From: a virus
DNA: 64,000 nucleotides
IMG/VR virus record: IMGVR_UViG_3300031885_000006
Location: 1-64,000 of that record
Direction: 5' to 3' (one strand)
Program-made: the position numbers and the translations under genes
The notes under the pieces: generated by a model
Databases searched by the model: none
What the model was told of the DNA's origin: nothing
What the model saw: only the letters and a program-made list of their open reading frames with translations
Shown: piece by piece, positions 1 to 8,152 of the stretch
Numbering within the stretch: position 1 is the first letter of the stretch
Layout of the letters: the number at the start of each line of letters is the position of its first letter

Positions 1-13
1 GGAAGTACGTGAT

Positions 14-433
14 TCATTTTAAACCCCAACCAGAATATCCTCGTTCTTCCACCTTAGTTACAATCAATTTCATATCCACACATATCGACACTGCTTCTCG
101 ACAAGCTTCTTCCAATGAATCAGCAACCACATTCATCTCCATTGGTCTGACCGTTCCCTCATTGATTTCCAATAAAGTCTTTTTCCTAAATTCATCTGTT
201 ATAGGATAATAATTAATTTCACCATTGGAAATTTCCATCCGTTGTGCATTTTCATCAAGTTCCGTTCGCTTATAATAAACCATCAAATTGAATTCATTAG
301 GCAACGCTTCTCTAAAATCAAGAAATCGATTACCACTATCATCAGTCTTTATCGGCAAGCCACTGCCTTGGCAATTATAACAAGGCTTATCCCCAATTTT
401 TAAATCGCCGCCACAAATGTTACACGTTTCCAT
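14..433 (-). CDS. hypothetical protein with N-terminal CxxC..CxxCxGxG zinc-finger
   Basis: ORF track; CNIC and CYNCQGSG motifs. Confidence 0.6.
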   Translation of the reverse strand: METCNICGGDLKIGDKPCYNCQGSGLPIKTDDSGNRFLDFREALPNEFNLMVYYKRTELDENAQRMEISNGEINYYPITDEFRKKTLLEINEGTVRPMEMNVVADSLEEACREAVSICVDMKLIVTKVEERGYSGWGLK

Positions 434-598
434 TTGTCACCCGTTGAAATATCGGTGCTGCCAGCGTTTGACGAATATCTGCCTGACGTAAAATAGTTGA
501 ATGCACTATATGTTCAAACACATCGTATTTCATATGTTTACCAGCCACGCCCCACAACGGAATATTATTGGTATAAACCTTAATCAATTTGACATTCA

Positions 599-784
599 TC
601 ACATTGTCCACAAAATGTTAGCCAATTCACGACATTTATTCAATAGGAATTCTGTTTCTTTGACATGATGCTCTTGCAAAATCATAAGACGTTCTTGAAA
701 ACTTTTAGAATCATCATCGATATGTCTTTTCACTTTAATCCAAGAGAAATCATTGGGATCAGCAATTCTTGATAAATCATTCAT
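599..784 (-). CDS. hypothetical protein
   Basis: ORF track; AGGTGA RBS upstream. Confidence 0.55.
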   Translation of the reverse strand: MNDLSRIADPNDFSWIKVKRHIDDDSKSFQERLMILQEHHVKETEFLLNKCRELANILWTM

Positions 785-792
785 AATTCACC

Positions 793-1410
793 TTATGCGA
801 AAAACCCATTGTATCGCAATTTGATCGCACGACAAACAGCAATTCCTACATTATTTATATCAACATATTTCGAATTAACATCAGAATCAATTCCTCTTGC
901 AAAGAGTCTTGCTATCTGACGCCCTGGCTCGCTCTGAGGGTCTTCACCAAATTGACTAACAAATAAATCTCTATATTGAGCCGTAGTAGCCAACTTCGTA
1001 GAACCATTGTAATAATCATCTGCATTCAATATTCTTTTTTCAATATCTTTATACGGAATACCTTTAATGGTTTTCCCCAATGGTGTGGGCTCAGGCAACA
1101 ATAAACTTTTCAATTTTCGGACCATCACAGGATCGTTCAGCATAGAATGCTTTTTAGTGGCATCTAATGGTTCTTTTCGCATAAGTGCTTCCATATCAAC
1201 TCGTTTGCGAAAAGTTCTTGGGCTTTCATTCGGCTGTTTAACGCTCCGTCCCGACCAAATTGGTGGATAATTCGCAACCGGAGTGCTATAATTCGCAATC
1301 GGCTTGCTATCCCTAGTCTTCCAGTGACCAGGATCATCAATTATATGATAACCATATGGCAACTTATGTGCTGTTATCATCGATTCTAGCCATTCTATAA
1401 ATGTTTTCAT
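793..1410 (-). CDS. hypothetical, putative virion internal protein (MKTFIEWLES N-terminus)
   Basis: ORF; N-terminus resembles the T4 capsid-targeting sequence; CTAAATAG 3 nt upstream of ATG. Confidence 0.65.
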   Translation of the reverse strand: MKTFIEWLESMITAHKLPYGYHIIDDPGHWKTRDSKPIANYSTPVANYPPIWSGRSVKQPNESPRTFRKRVDMEALMRKEPLDATKKHSMLNDPVMVRKLKSLLLPEPTPLGKTIKGIPYKDIEKRILNADDYYNGSTKLATTAQYRDLFVSQFGEDPQSEPGRQIARLFARGIDSDVNSKYVDINNVGIAVCRAIKLRYNGFFA

Positions 1411-1456
1411 GCTCTATTTAGCAATTTACATTTTAAAAATAACATGCCAATTTAAG

Positions 1457-1532
1457 TAGCCCAAGGGGGAGTCGAACCCAAACCATCTGAGAGTTAGAAC
1501 CTCCCCGTTCTGATCCATTAAACTATTGAGCC
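1457..1532 (-). tRNA. tRNA-Arg(TCT)
   Basis: cloverleaf; GGGAG-GTTCTAA-CTCTC anticodon arm; GGTTCGACTCC T arm. Confidence 0.8.
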
Positions 1533-1793
1533 AAATCAACCATGCAAAAACAAAGCAACAAGACCACCTATAAAAAAGGCCGCAATGCCCAATAAAATAG
1601 ATAGCAATCCTGCAACCCAACCACCAATCGCCAATATTGATATAAGCAAGCCAATTACACCAATAACTAAAAACAATGGAAATGCATACATTATCATTTT
1701 CTACTTTCTAAAAAATTGCCGGACGAGTTAATCGAAGAGATGTTTCTTTTTGGATAAAAATGTAATCCCCTCTGGCATTCCAGCAAATTTGTT

Positions 1794-2045
1794 TTATTCA
1801 CTATGAACCGTAAACACAGGTTCCTTCGCAATCGACTTTCTCTCATTAGCTGTAAAAGCTTTAATGCAATCTGCAATCCGATCCAATTCATCTACACTTA
1901 AACCAATCACAGTATAAGATGTCAAATCATTAATCGAACCAATCGACATGTAAATACCATTTGATTCCCACCTGTGAAGATCAAATCTTATTTTTTCAAC
2001 AGACGCATCCGAATCATCTACCAAATCTAATACCATATTAGCCAT
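1794..2045 (-). CDS. hypothetical protein
   Basis: ORF track, abuts the upstream ORF. Confidence 0.55.
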   Translation of the reverse strand: MANMVLDLVDDSDASVEKIRFDLHRWESNGIYMSIGSINDLTSYTVIGLSVDELDRIADCIKAFTANERKSIAKEPVFTVHSE

Positions 2046-2865
2046 TTATATTTTCATCCTTATCGGTCTATTAATTTGTTGAATATAAATATCAACCAAA
2101 ACCCAAAGTTTATTAAAAACTACAAGCTCAGCATCACATCCTATCGCAGGATTAAAACGACCACCAATATTAAAATCTATATAATTAAGCTTCATTTTTG
2201 AATCTTATTCCATACAGGCACTTTGCATCTGTCAACAATCATAACATCCCGAGTTCCGACCATAATTCTCATGTCTACGTCCTTAGCTGCTATACGCAAT
2301 TTACAATGCGCAAGGCTAATTGTAGTCCTTATGGATTCTATAGATTTAATAAAATTAAGATTCATTTGTTTTTCTTTGAATCTTATTCCATACAGGCAAT
2401 TGACACCTATCAGTAATAACCACATCCCAAGTTTTAACCATAACTCTCATTTCTATTCTCTGAGATACCGGCAATCTAAAATGTGGATTTCTAAAACGAA
2501 TGCGATTGAGATTCATTTTAATCCATTTCTTGTCTGAAACTTTAAATTACCAGTAACGGTATGAGTCGCTAGTTCAACCCTATTCCTAAGCAAACGTTCC
2601 ACATCTAAACTTATAGGATTAGGAAGAGCATAACGTGTGCATGAATAATAACATTTAGATTTAAGGCTTTCAACACAACGATAATAGACAAAATTAAGTT
2701 TCATTGTTCGATGACATCCAAAATTGTCAATCTAATCTGCCACCCGATATTATCATAAACCATCAGTCGCACATTGTTATCAATCTTACGCTCCACATTA
2801 AAGCTGGCCTCGCCAGTATAGCCGCCAATTCCCTTGAATAGCTCCACGCAAACAGCAAGATTCAT
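2046..2865 (-). CDS. array of five short (49-63 aa) overlapping ORFs starting M(K/N)L(N/A): 2046-2195, 2192-2365, 2355-2516, 2513-2704, 2701-2865
   Basis: read by hand; ATGA overlaps; two ORFs share MR(I/V)MVxTxDVxIxDRCxxPVWNKIQ. Confidence 0.6.
2197..2398. repeat. 24-bp exact direct repeat (2197-2220, 2375-2398) in duplicated small ORFs
   Basis: TTTGAATCTTATTCCATACAGGCA twice. Confidence 0.85.
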
Positions 2866-2868
2866 ACT

Positions 2869-3096
2869 TCACCCAAATGAAAGACGTGCAGAAGCTTCAT
2901 TATCAAAAAGTCGGCAACCCCAAAAAGTCAAACTTTTAGCATCATACAGATTGTTGTCCTTATAGTAAAGGTCACATGCTGCTTGAAATGATTCTGCCTC
3001 GATTGTAGCCACTAAGGATGCATTCGCAGGATCGCCTTCCATGCCAGTTATCAAAAATCCCTCAGACCAAATTTCGTATTTCATAATCAAAAACAT
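2869..3096 (-). CDS. phage hypothetical protein
   Basis: ORF track; WGCRLFDNExxARxSFG C-terminus. Confidence 0.6.
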   Translation of the reverse strand: MFLIMKYEIWSEGFLITGMEGDPANASLVATIEAESFQAACDLYYKDNNLYDAKSLTFWGCRLFDNEASARLSFG

Positions 3097-3133
3097 AATT
3101 TATATTTCAGATTAAATCAATAGAAATTTTTAA

Positions 3134-3205
3134 AGCGGCATGCAGGAGTTGAACCTGCACTCGCAACCCGCAAGGTATGCCGTGCTGCCATTACACCAAC
3201 GCCGC
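3134..3205 (-). tRNA. atypical tRNA: Gly-like acceptor (GCGGCGT, U73) with bulged anticodon stem and TGC loop
   Basis: D arm GGTGTAATGGCAGCAC; T arm GCAGGTTCAACTCCTGC; anticodon arm GCATAC-CTTGCGG-GTTGC. Confidence 0.7.
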
Positions 3206-3439
3206 AAAATCAATCTAAAAAAGTAAAATTTCGATTGGGATACGCAATTAAAGCTTTTTTATAAGAATTAAATGAAAATAATTGGCCTTTAATGATAATT
3301 TTTTTCATAGAAATTCTAGGTGCCGTGGTAGAAACTAGCGATCTAACAACGGGAAGAGCCAATTGATTTTTCAATATTAAATCAAAAGGCAGCGAAATTG
3401 CAACAGTCTTATTATACTCTCCTAATTTTGGAAATAACC

Positions 3440-4360
3440 TCATGAAGCAGGCCCTTGGGTTTGAATACTGTTTGTCTCGCTAACAAGTTGACTAGTCAAA
3501 ACAGTAGAGCCATCATCGGCATATGTTTTTAGACTGGTCGTGTCCATTGTTGTCTTTTTGAAAAATCTTCTCCATAATTGAACAACCATTTCCCCAAATG
3601 TAGTTGCGGCTCCTGTCGGAGCAGAAATGCTAATCTTATCCAATCCCGCTGCTGCAAGAATGACATCTCCATTAATAGGCTTGCCACTGCCACCGGGAAT
3701 GCATTTTAATGCGTCGGTAGAACTAGATTCTAAGGTTAAGGCAACACCAGTTGAATCGACATAAATCCCCGATCCATCATCGCCCAAAGCGTAAATTGAA
3801 ATAGCTCTTTGATTTTGTAACGGGCTTGTACTGGCTTCTATGCTAATTCCACCTTCAATCTTAATAGACCCATCGTCGCCACCAACAATGTGAATCGGCG
3901 TATACCCAGTAGTACCGCCCCCACCAGCATAAAAGGCAGTTCCACTTGATGCTTCAAGATTTAAAGCAACTCCAGCAAAATCACTATTTTGAATGTCCAA
4001 AGACTTCAATTTTAAAACAGCTTCATTATCGCTTGTAAGACTGCCATTGATTTTCAACATATCAGCAGGAAGTCCAGCAGTAACTTGCTCAACGAAATAG
4101 GTTTTATCACAGCCAGTGGCAGTTATATCAACAGCCAAATCACCTAAAGTATCAAGATTGCCAGAACTAAGGGTAATTTTATACCAACCAGAGGCGATTT
4201 CCGACACCGCACCCCCAGCAGAACCAAAAACACCACCATTTTTTGAGATATTAACAGTGAATGCCCCAGACGAAACGCCGGTTTTGCCACTGCGGTGGTC
4301 GTTTGAATCCACCATATAAAAACTTTTTATGTAAGATACACTTTGTTGCAAAATAGTCAT
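3440..4360 (-). CDS. putative virion structural protein (Gly/Ser/Thr-rich)
   Basis: composition; late-type CTAAATAG 3 nt upstream. Confidence 0.55.
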   Translation of the reverse strand: MTILQQSVSYIKSFYMVDSNDHRSGKTGVSSGAFTVNISKNGGVFGSAGGAVSEIASGWYKITLSSGNLDTLGDLAVDITATGCDKTYFVEQVTAGLPADMLKINGSLTSDNEAVLKLKSLDIQNSDFAGVALNLEASSGTAFYAGGGGTTGYTPIHIVGGDDGSIKIEGGISIEASTSPLQNQRAISIYALGDDGSGIYVDSTGVALTLESSSTDALKCIPGGSGKPINGDVILAAAGLDKISISAPTGAATTFGEMVVQLWRRFFKKTTMDTTSLKTYADDGSTVLTSQLVSETNSIQTQGPAS

Positions 4361-4397
4361 ATGCTATTTAGCTATAATGAACAATTATTTACAAAAG

Positions 4398-4469
4398 TTC
4401 CCCAGTTAGGGCTCGGACCTAAACTAAATTGTTCAGAGCAATTCGTGCTACCAATTACACTACCGGGGA
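4398..4469 (-). tRNA. tRNA-Gln(CTG)
   Basis: TCCCCGG acceptor; AATTG-CTCTGAA-CAATT. Confidence 0.85.
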
Positions 4470-4483
4470 ATCTATCCTAAAAT

Positions 4484-4876
4484 TTACAGCGACAAGTCAA
4501 TCTTATGCTGTAATTCTTGTGCCAAATGATCTCTTGTTTCAGGATTCCATAAATTAGCTTTTATTAATTCTTTTACTTTTTGATTAGAAAAATCAACAAG
4601 TTGTCTCCAAAGATCAGGATTTGTTTTGTATACAGTCCAAATAATATCGTTTAGTTTTTTATCGACGCTTGGCATTCTGCCAGATAGTTCTTTGAATTTA
4701 TTTCTATCCTTTTCTCTCACATACTCAGCATCAGCTTCAGTTGGAGACGTGCCAGCGGTTCTTAAAGGCATAGCGGCGTATTGGTCTGGAACTTTCTTAG
4801 ACCAATAAGGCTGTCCTACTGGGTTATAATCTTTGCGTGCTTCACGAATTTCTAGCCATTCTGTGTATGTCAACAT
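4484..4876 (-). CDS. hypothetical protein (MLTYTEWLE N-terminus)
   Basis: ORF track 4484..4897; internal ATG preceded by AGGAG preferred as start. Confidence 0.65.
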   Translation of the reverse strand: MLTYTEWLEIREARKDYNPVGQPYWSKKVPDQYAAMPLRTAGTSPTEADAEYVREKDRNKFKELSGRMPSVDKKLNDIIWTVYKTNPDLWRQLVDFSNQKVKELIKANLWNPETRDHLAQELQHKIDLSL

Positions 4877-4879
4877 ATT

Positions 4880-5419
4880 ATGATCTCCTTTAAACAATAT
4901 ATATCCACTTTATTGCATAAATACTGCATGCCAGTTGAAGTAGTCATATCAAGATTCGATGAAAATGTTTCATATATTAGCGAAATCAACCAACAAATCT
5001 TTTTGTATGATAAATCCGGCAGTGTGGCGAATGCGAAATATATCCCCTGCATAGGCAGAGAAGATTTCACATATCTATATCACATCTTAAATTCAGAAGA
5101 TAATGATAACACACACATTTGCTTTCTTCAGGGCAATCCTTTCGATCATTGCCCAGATATTCTATCTATTCTCAACTCGCCAATTGATTCTGATTTGATT
5201 TGGCTGAACGATTATTTCGGAAACAAACTAATAAGAACCGGATTACATGGTGACGCTCATCATTTACATGTAGGTCAAATAACTGAGATGTTATTTGAAA
5301 AATACACCAGAAGAATGGGACTTCAATCCAGGTGCCCAGTTCATTATATCCAAACAAATCATACGTTCCAGAAACAGAAAGTTTTGGGAACGCTGTCTAG
5401 ACATAAGCACTTCTGTTGA
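4880..5419 (+). CDS. hypothetical protein
   Basis: 179-aa ORF. Confidence 0.5.
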   Translation: MISFKQYISTLLHKYCMPVEVVISRFDENVSYISEINQQIFLYDKSGSVANAKYIPCIGREDFTYLYHILNSEDNDNTHICFLQGNPFDHCPDILSILNSPIDSDLIWLNDYFGNKLIRTGLHGDAHHLHVGQITEMLFEKYTRRMGLQSRCPVHYIQTNHTFQKQKVLGTLSRHKHFC

Positions 5420-5520
5420 AGAAGCCGCCTGGAAATTTGAGAGAACATGGCCACTCATTTTCAACTCAAACATCAAATCAAAAAGTCATTTGTGACTCCC
5501 TTACACTACCGGGGAATAAG

Positions 5521-5612
5521 CTCTCCAGCTTCGATTTGAACGAAGACTAATTGATTCAACTTGTTGGCCGTCTAGCCAAAAGTCAATTGTGCTACCATTA
5601 CACTACCGGAGA
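5521..5612 (-). tRNA. tRNA-Gln(TTG) with 21-nt insertion in the anticodon loop
   Basis: TCTCCGG acceptor; ATTGA/TCAAT stem enclosing 28 nt instead of 7. Confidence 0.8.
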
Positions 5613-5617
5613 ATAAG

Positions 5618-5692
5618 TTCCAGGGGAACGAATTGAACGTTCGCATTTCTGTTTCAAAAACAGATGGGATTACCAACAACCCCAGCCCTGGA
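5618..5692 (-). tRNA. non-canonical tRNA-Gln(TTG) (C8, extended D stem)
   Basis: TCCAGGG/CCCTGGA; TCTGT-TTTTGAA-ACAGA; GAACG-TTCAATT-CGTTC. Confidence 0.7.
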
Positions 5693-5798
5693 ATAAATTC
5701 CAGTTTGACCGACTGGAGAAAAGAATATTCGAGATGCGTCCACCATTTAGGAATAGCTTTTTCCTATGAATATTCACGGTTGGTTGTAAAGAACCAAG

Positions 5799-5888
5799 CT
5801 CCCCAGGGAGGGTACGATCCTCCATACCGTTCTAGACGGGGTACACGATATTAACAGTATCGTCGCTTACCAATTAGCGTACCGGGGA
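5799..5888 (-). tRNA. tRNA-Asn(GTT) with long variable arm
   Basis: CGATA-CTGTTAA-TATCG; 22-nt variable region containing CCGT-CTAGA-ACGG. Confidence 0.8.
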
Positions 5889-5895
5889 ATAAAAA

Positions 5896-6015
5896 AGAGG
5901 AAGATGGGGATCGAACCCATGACCGACAAGTTAATGTAGTCCTAACTACATTCCAATGAAGGACGAGTAACGTCAAGACGTTTGTTTGTTGCTCTACCAA
6001 CTGAGCTACTTCCTC
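5896..6015 (-). ncRNA. tRNA-like RNA whose anticodon loop is replaced by a Y-RNA-like domain
   Basis: 7-bp acceptor plus canonical D and T arms; insert matches the repeats at 14490-14615 in permuted order. Confidence 0.8.
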
Positions 6016-6060
6016 AAATTCGTCCGGTTTTTGAATGGAACCGAAGACACTAAACCATAG

Positions 6061-6131
6061 AGCCACTACTAGGAGTCGAACCCAGACCTTCAAGGTACAA
6101 GCTTGATATACTGCCATTATAAGACAGTGGC
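6061..6131 (-). tRNA. tRNA-Thr(TGT)
   Basis: GCCACTG acceptor; TCAAG-CTTGTAC-CTTGA. Confidence 0.85.
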
Positions 6132-6136
6132 TTAAA

Positions 6137-6418
6137 TTACCAATTCTTCATTACAATCACAACAAAAGTCATCCAAAATAAAATTGAAGTGGAGAACGCA
6201 GTCCAAAGTAAGTATGCTTTCAATGTTGGTCTGTTTTCAAAACATCTAAACGGGACAAACAACATCAGTAAAATTACAAATGGAAAAGCTGCTCCAAATA
6301 AAATGGCAAGAGATCTATCCAACATTTCATAAAAAGTGTAACTTATATGTGGATTGATGTCATCATATTCTTGGGGAGCCCGATATGGATTTTCATTGTC
6401 CATGTTGAATCCTAACAA
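6137..6418 (-). CDS. membrane protein, two TM helices, NPYxxP N-terminal motif
   Basis: hydrophobic segments; start probably 6403. Confidence 0.6.
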   Translation of the reverse strand: MLGFNMDNENPYRAPQEYDDINPHISYTFYEMLDRSLAILFGAAFPFVILLMLFVPFRCFENRPTLKAYLLWTAFSTSILFWMTFVVIVMKNW

Positions 6419-6725
6419 TTTTAAATGGTTTCTTTTCTACAATCAAACCCCAGGGAATCTTAAACCGACCTCTGCTGCCGTTGGGTCCATCTATCTGATA
6501 TAGCATATATCTAACATTCAGCATATATCTAACATTCACCATATCACAAATTATAATTCTTCTTCTATTCGAAAGCAGAAATTCTGATTCCCAATTTACA
6601 TCTGGTGGGTGCCATTGATTGTCAGCAAAAACACTTATAAATCCAAGCAAATGAAACGTAAACATTGGGCTCAGAAGAACACACAATAACGTTGTTGCTA
6701 CAAACCAACTTTTCAAACTTCTCAT
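6393..6725 (-). CDS. hypothetical membrane protein with 18-bp tandem duplication (6502-6538)
   Basis: NVRYML repeated. Confidence 0.55.
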   Translation of the reverse strand: MRSLKSWFVATTLLCVLLSPMFTFHLLGFISVFADNQWHPPDVNWESEFLLSNRRRIIICDMVNVRYMLNVRYMLYQIDGPNGSRGRFKIPWGLIVEKKPFKIVRIQHGQ

Positions 6726-6737
6726 TTATTTCTCCAG

Positions 6738-6809
6738 AGCGATATGTGAGATTTGAACTCAACTCCTCTTGCTCGGCAAGCAAACGTGCGGCCACTACAC
6801 CAATATCGC
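6738..6809 (-). tRNA. tRNA-Gly(GCC)
   Basis: GCGATAT acceptor, U73; TTTGC-TTGCCGA-GCAAG. Confidence 0.85.
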
Positions 6810-6853
6810 ATATAGTTTTTAATTTTCTGAAACGCAGAACTATAACTGCGCAG

Positions 6854-6895
6854 TAGCCACAGTAGGATTCGAACCTACAACCTTCAGTTTCGTAA
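6854..6895 (-). pseudogene. 3' half of tRNA-Arg(ACG); 5' half absent, overlapped by a 49-aa ORF at 6840-6989
   Basis: ACGAA-ACTGA-AGGTT-GTAGGTTCGAATCCTAC-TGTGGCTA with no D arm upstream. Confidence 0.7.
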
Positions 6896-7001
6896 AAGTT
6901 AAAACTTCACTGTCATCTTGCATTTTAATTTCATATTTCTCTATCACTCCTGCTTGTACTAAAGTGTTTAAAATTGGTTCGTCCATCATATTTCTCCTAA
7001 G

Positions 7002-7085
7002 TAGGGCCGGTAGGAATTGAACCCACGTTGCGGTTTCCCGCTCGGATTAAAAGTCCGATGCATATAACCATTCTGCCACGACCCC
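7002..7085 (-). tRNA. tRNA with Lys(TTT) anticodon on a Leu-like class II body
   Basis: TCGGA-CTTTTAA-TCCGA; variable arm GCGG-GAAA-CCGC; D arm GGCAGAATGGTTATATGC. Confidence 0.8.
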
Positions 7086-7089
7086 TCAG

Positions 7090-7162
7090 TGTCCCCGGTG
7101 GGAGTCGGACCCACAACGTTCGCATTAAAAGTGCGATACTCTGCCAATTGAGTTACGGAGAC
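7090..7162 (-). tRNA. tRNA-Lys(TTT)
   Basis: TCGCA-CTTTTAA-TGCGA, canonical cloverleaf. Confidence 0.85.
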
Positions 7163-7214
7163 ATATATTCATGCTCTCCGTAAAAGGTTACGGAGAGCTA
7201 AATTTTTAGACGTT

Positions 7215-7658
7215 TTAATCGATCACACATAACATTTCCTTTCCAACTACTTTTTTACCAGCATGCAACTTTCTATGACAATTAGCACACAAAACTACAC
7301 ACTTACAAATTTCCTTTTTAATCTTTTCCCATGTGCGACAATATACTCCACTTGCTACAGTGAAGTCTTTATCATCTAAATGGTGAAAATCTAAACACAC
7401 CACATCACTTTCAAAACAAAGTTGGCAACCATATGCGCTCTTTATTTTATTGACCTTTTCTTTATATTCCTTAATTTGATTTTTAGTTCTTATTTTTACA
7501 TTTTTTCGATGTTGCTCATTATTTGTTTTGTAATAGGTTCTTGATCTCACCCGATTACATTCTCTACAAATATTTTGCAAACCATCTTTGGACGTATTCT
7601 TTTTATTATACTCCGTTAATTCTTTTACTTCCTTGCATATAGTGCATGTTTTATTCAT
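7215..7658 (-). CDS. HNH homing endonuclease
   Basis: CxxC, LDFHH, LCANCHRKLH motifs. Confidence 0.8.
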   Translation of the reverse strand: MNKTCTICKEVKELTEYNKKNTSKDGLQNICRECNRVRSRTYYKTNNEQHRKNVKIRTKNQIKEYKEKVNKIKSAYGCQLCFESDVVCLDFHHLDDKDFTVASGVYCRTWEKIKKEICKCVVLCANCHRKLHAGKKVVGKEMLCVID

Positions 7659-7711
7659 ACACTATATAAGTAACTTTTAATTATTTTCAACAATTAAAAG
7701 TTATTTTTCCT

Positions 7712-7978
7712 TTATTCAATTTCATTGGTATCGACGATGTGATACCAATCATAGTCATACTCTGATTCATTAATTTTGTAGCCACGCACGACGGGCTTCA
7801 ATTGTTTTGTATAAGCTTTTTCACCAGCTTTTGTATCTGGGAATTTTTCACGTTCCAAGATTGGATAAAATTTTTCTTCTATTTTCATTTCTTCTTTGGT
7901 GTTGAAGCTTCCTTGAAAGTCATTCCAGCCACCATCTGGGTAATAACTACTACCAGCGAATAATAAAAACCTTTTCAT
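7712..7978 (-). CDS. phage hypothetical protein
   Basis: FLLFAGxxYYPxGGWxDF motif; AAGGA RBS. Confidence 0.65.
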   Translation of the reverse strand: MKRFLLFAGSSYYPDGGWNDFQGSFNTKEEMKIEEKFYPILEREKFPDTKAGEKAYTKQLKPVVRGYKINESEYDYDWYHIVDTNEIE

Positions 7979-7992
7979 TTTTTTTCCTTAAG

Positions 7993-8074
7993 CAGGCTAG
8001 CCAGGATTCGAACCCGGTGGGCTAATTAAAGCCACGGTTTTGGAGACCGTTTCCTCTCCCAGGAGGACTAGCCT
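7993..8074 (-). tRNA. tRNA-Trp(CCA) with long variable arm
   Basis: AGGCTAG acceptor, G73; ACGGT-CTCCAAA-ACCGT; GGCT-TTAATT-AGCC variable arm. Confidence 0.8.
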
Positions 8075-8078
8075 ATGT

Positions 8079-8150
8079 TGCATGAATTTAAGAGAATCGA
8101 ACTCTAAGACGCTGTTTTCAAGCCGTTGTCCCACCAACTGTTTTTCATGC
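8079..8150 (-). pseudogene. degenerate tRNA (Phe GAA-like)
   Basis: GCATGAA/TTCATGC acceptor and AGAG-TTCGATT-CTCT T arm intact; D and anticodon stems poorly paired. Confidence 0.5.
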
Positions 8151-8152
8151 AT

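Larger units (their letters stand above)
4455..5517. repeat. 17-bp direct repeat TTACACTACCGGGGAAT (4455-4471, 5501-5517), the 5' end of tRNA-Gln, flanking two ORFs
   Basis: exact match; the second copy is an orphan tRNA 5' fragment. Confidence 0.8.

Noticed and set aside
1457-1532. Amber suppressor (CTA) reading of this tRNA
   Set aside because: The stem register GGGAG/CTCTC places TCT, not CTA, in the anticodon
5931-5984. Ordinary tRNA intron in 5896-6015
   Set aside because: No excision restores a convincing anticodon loop, and the insert matches the TROVE-linked repeats
5851-6117. 88-aa ORF and other short ORFs over the tRNA cluster
   Set aside because: They overlap tRNA genes and are spurious
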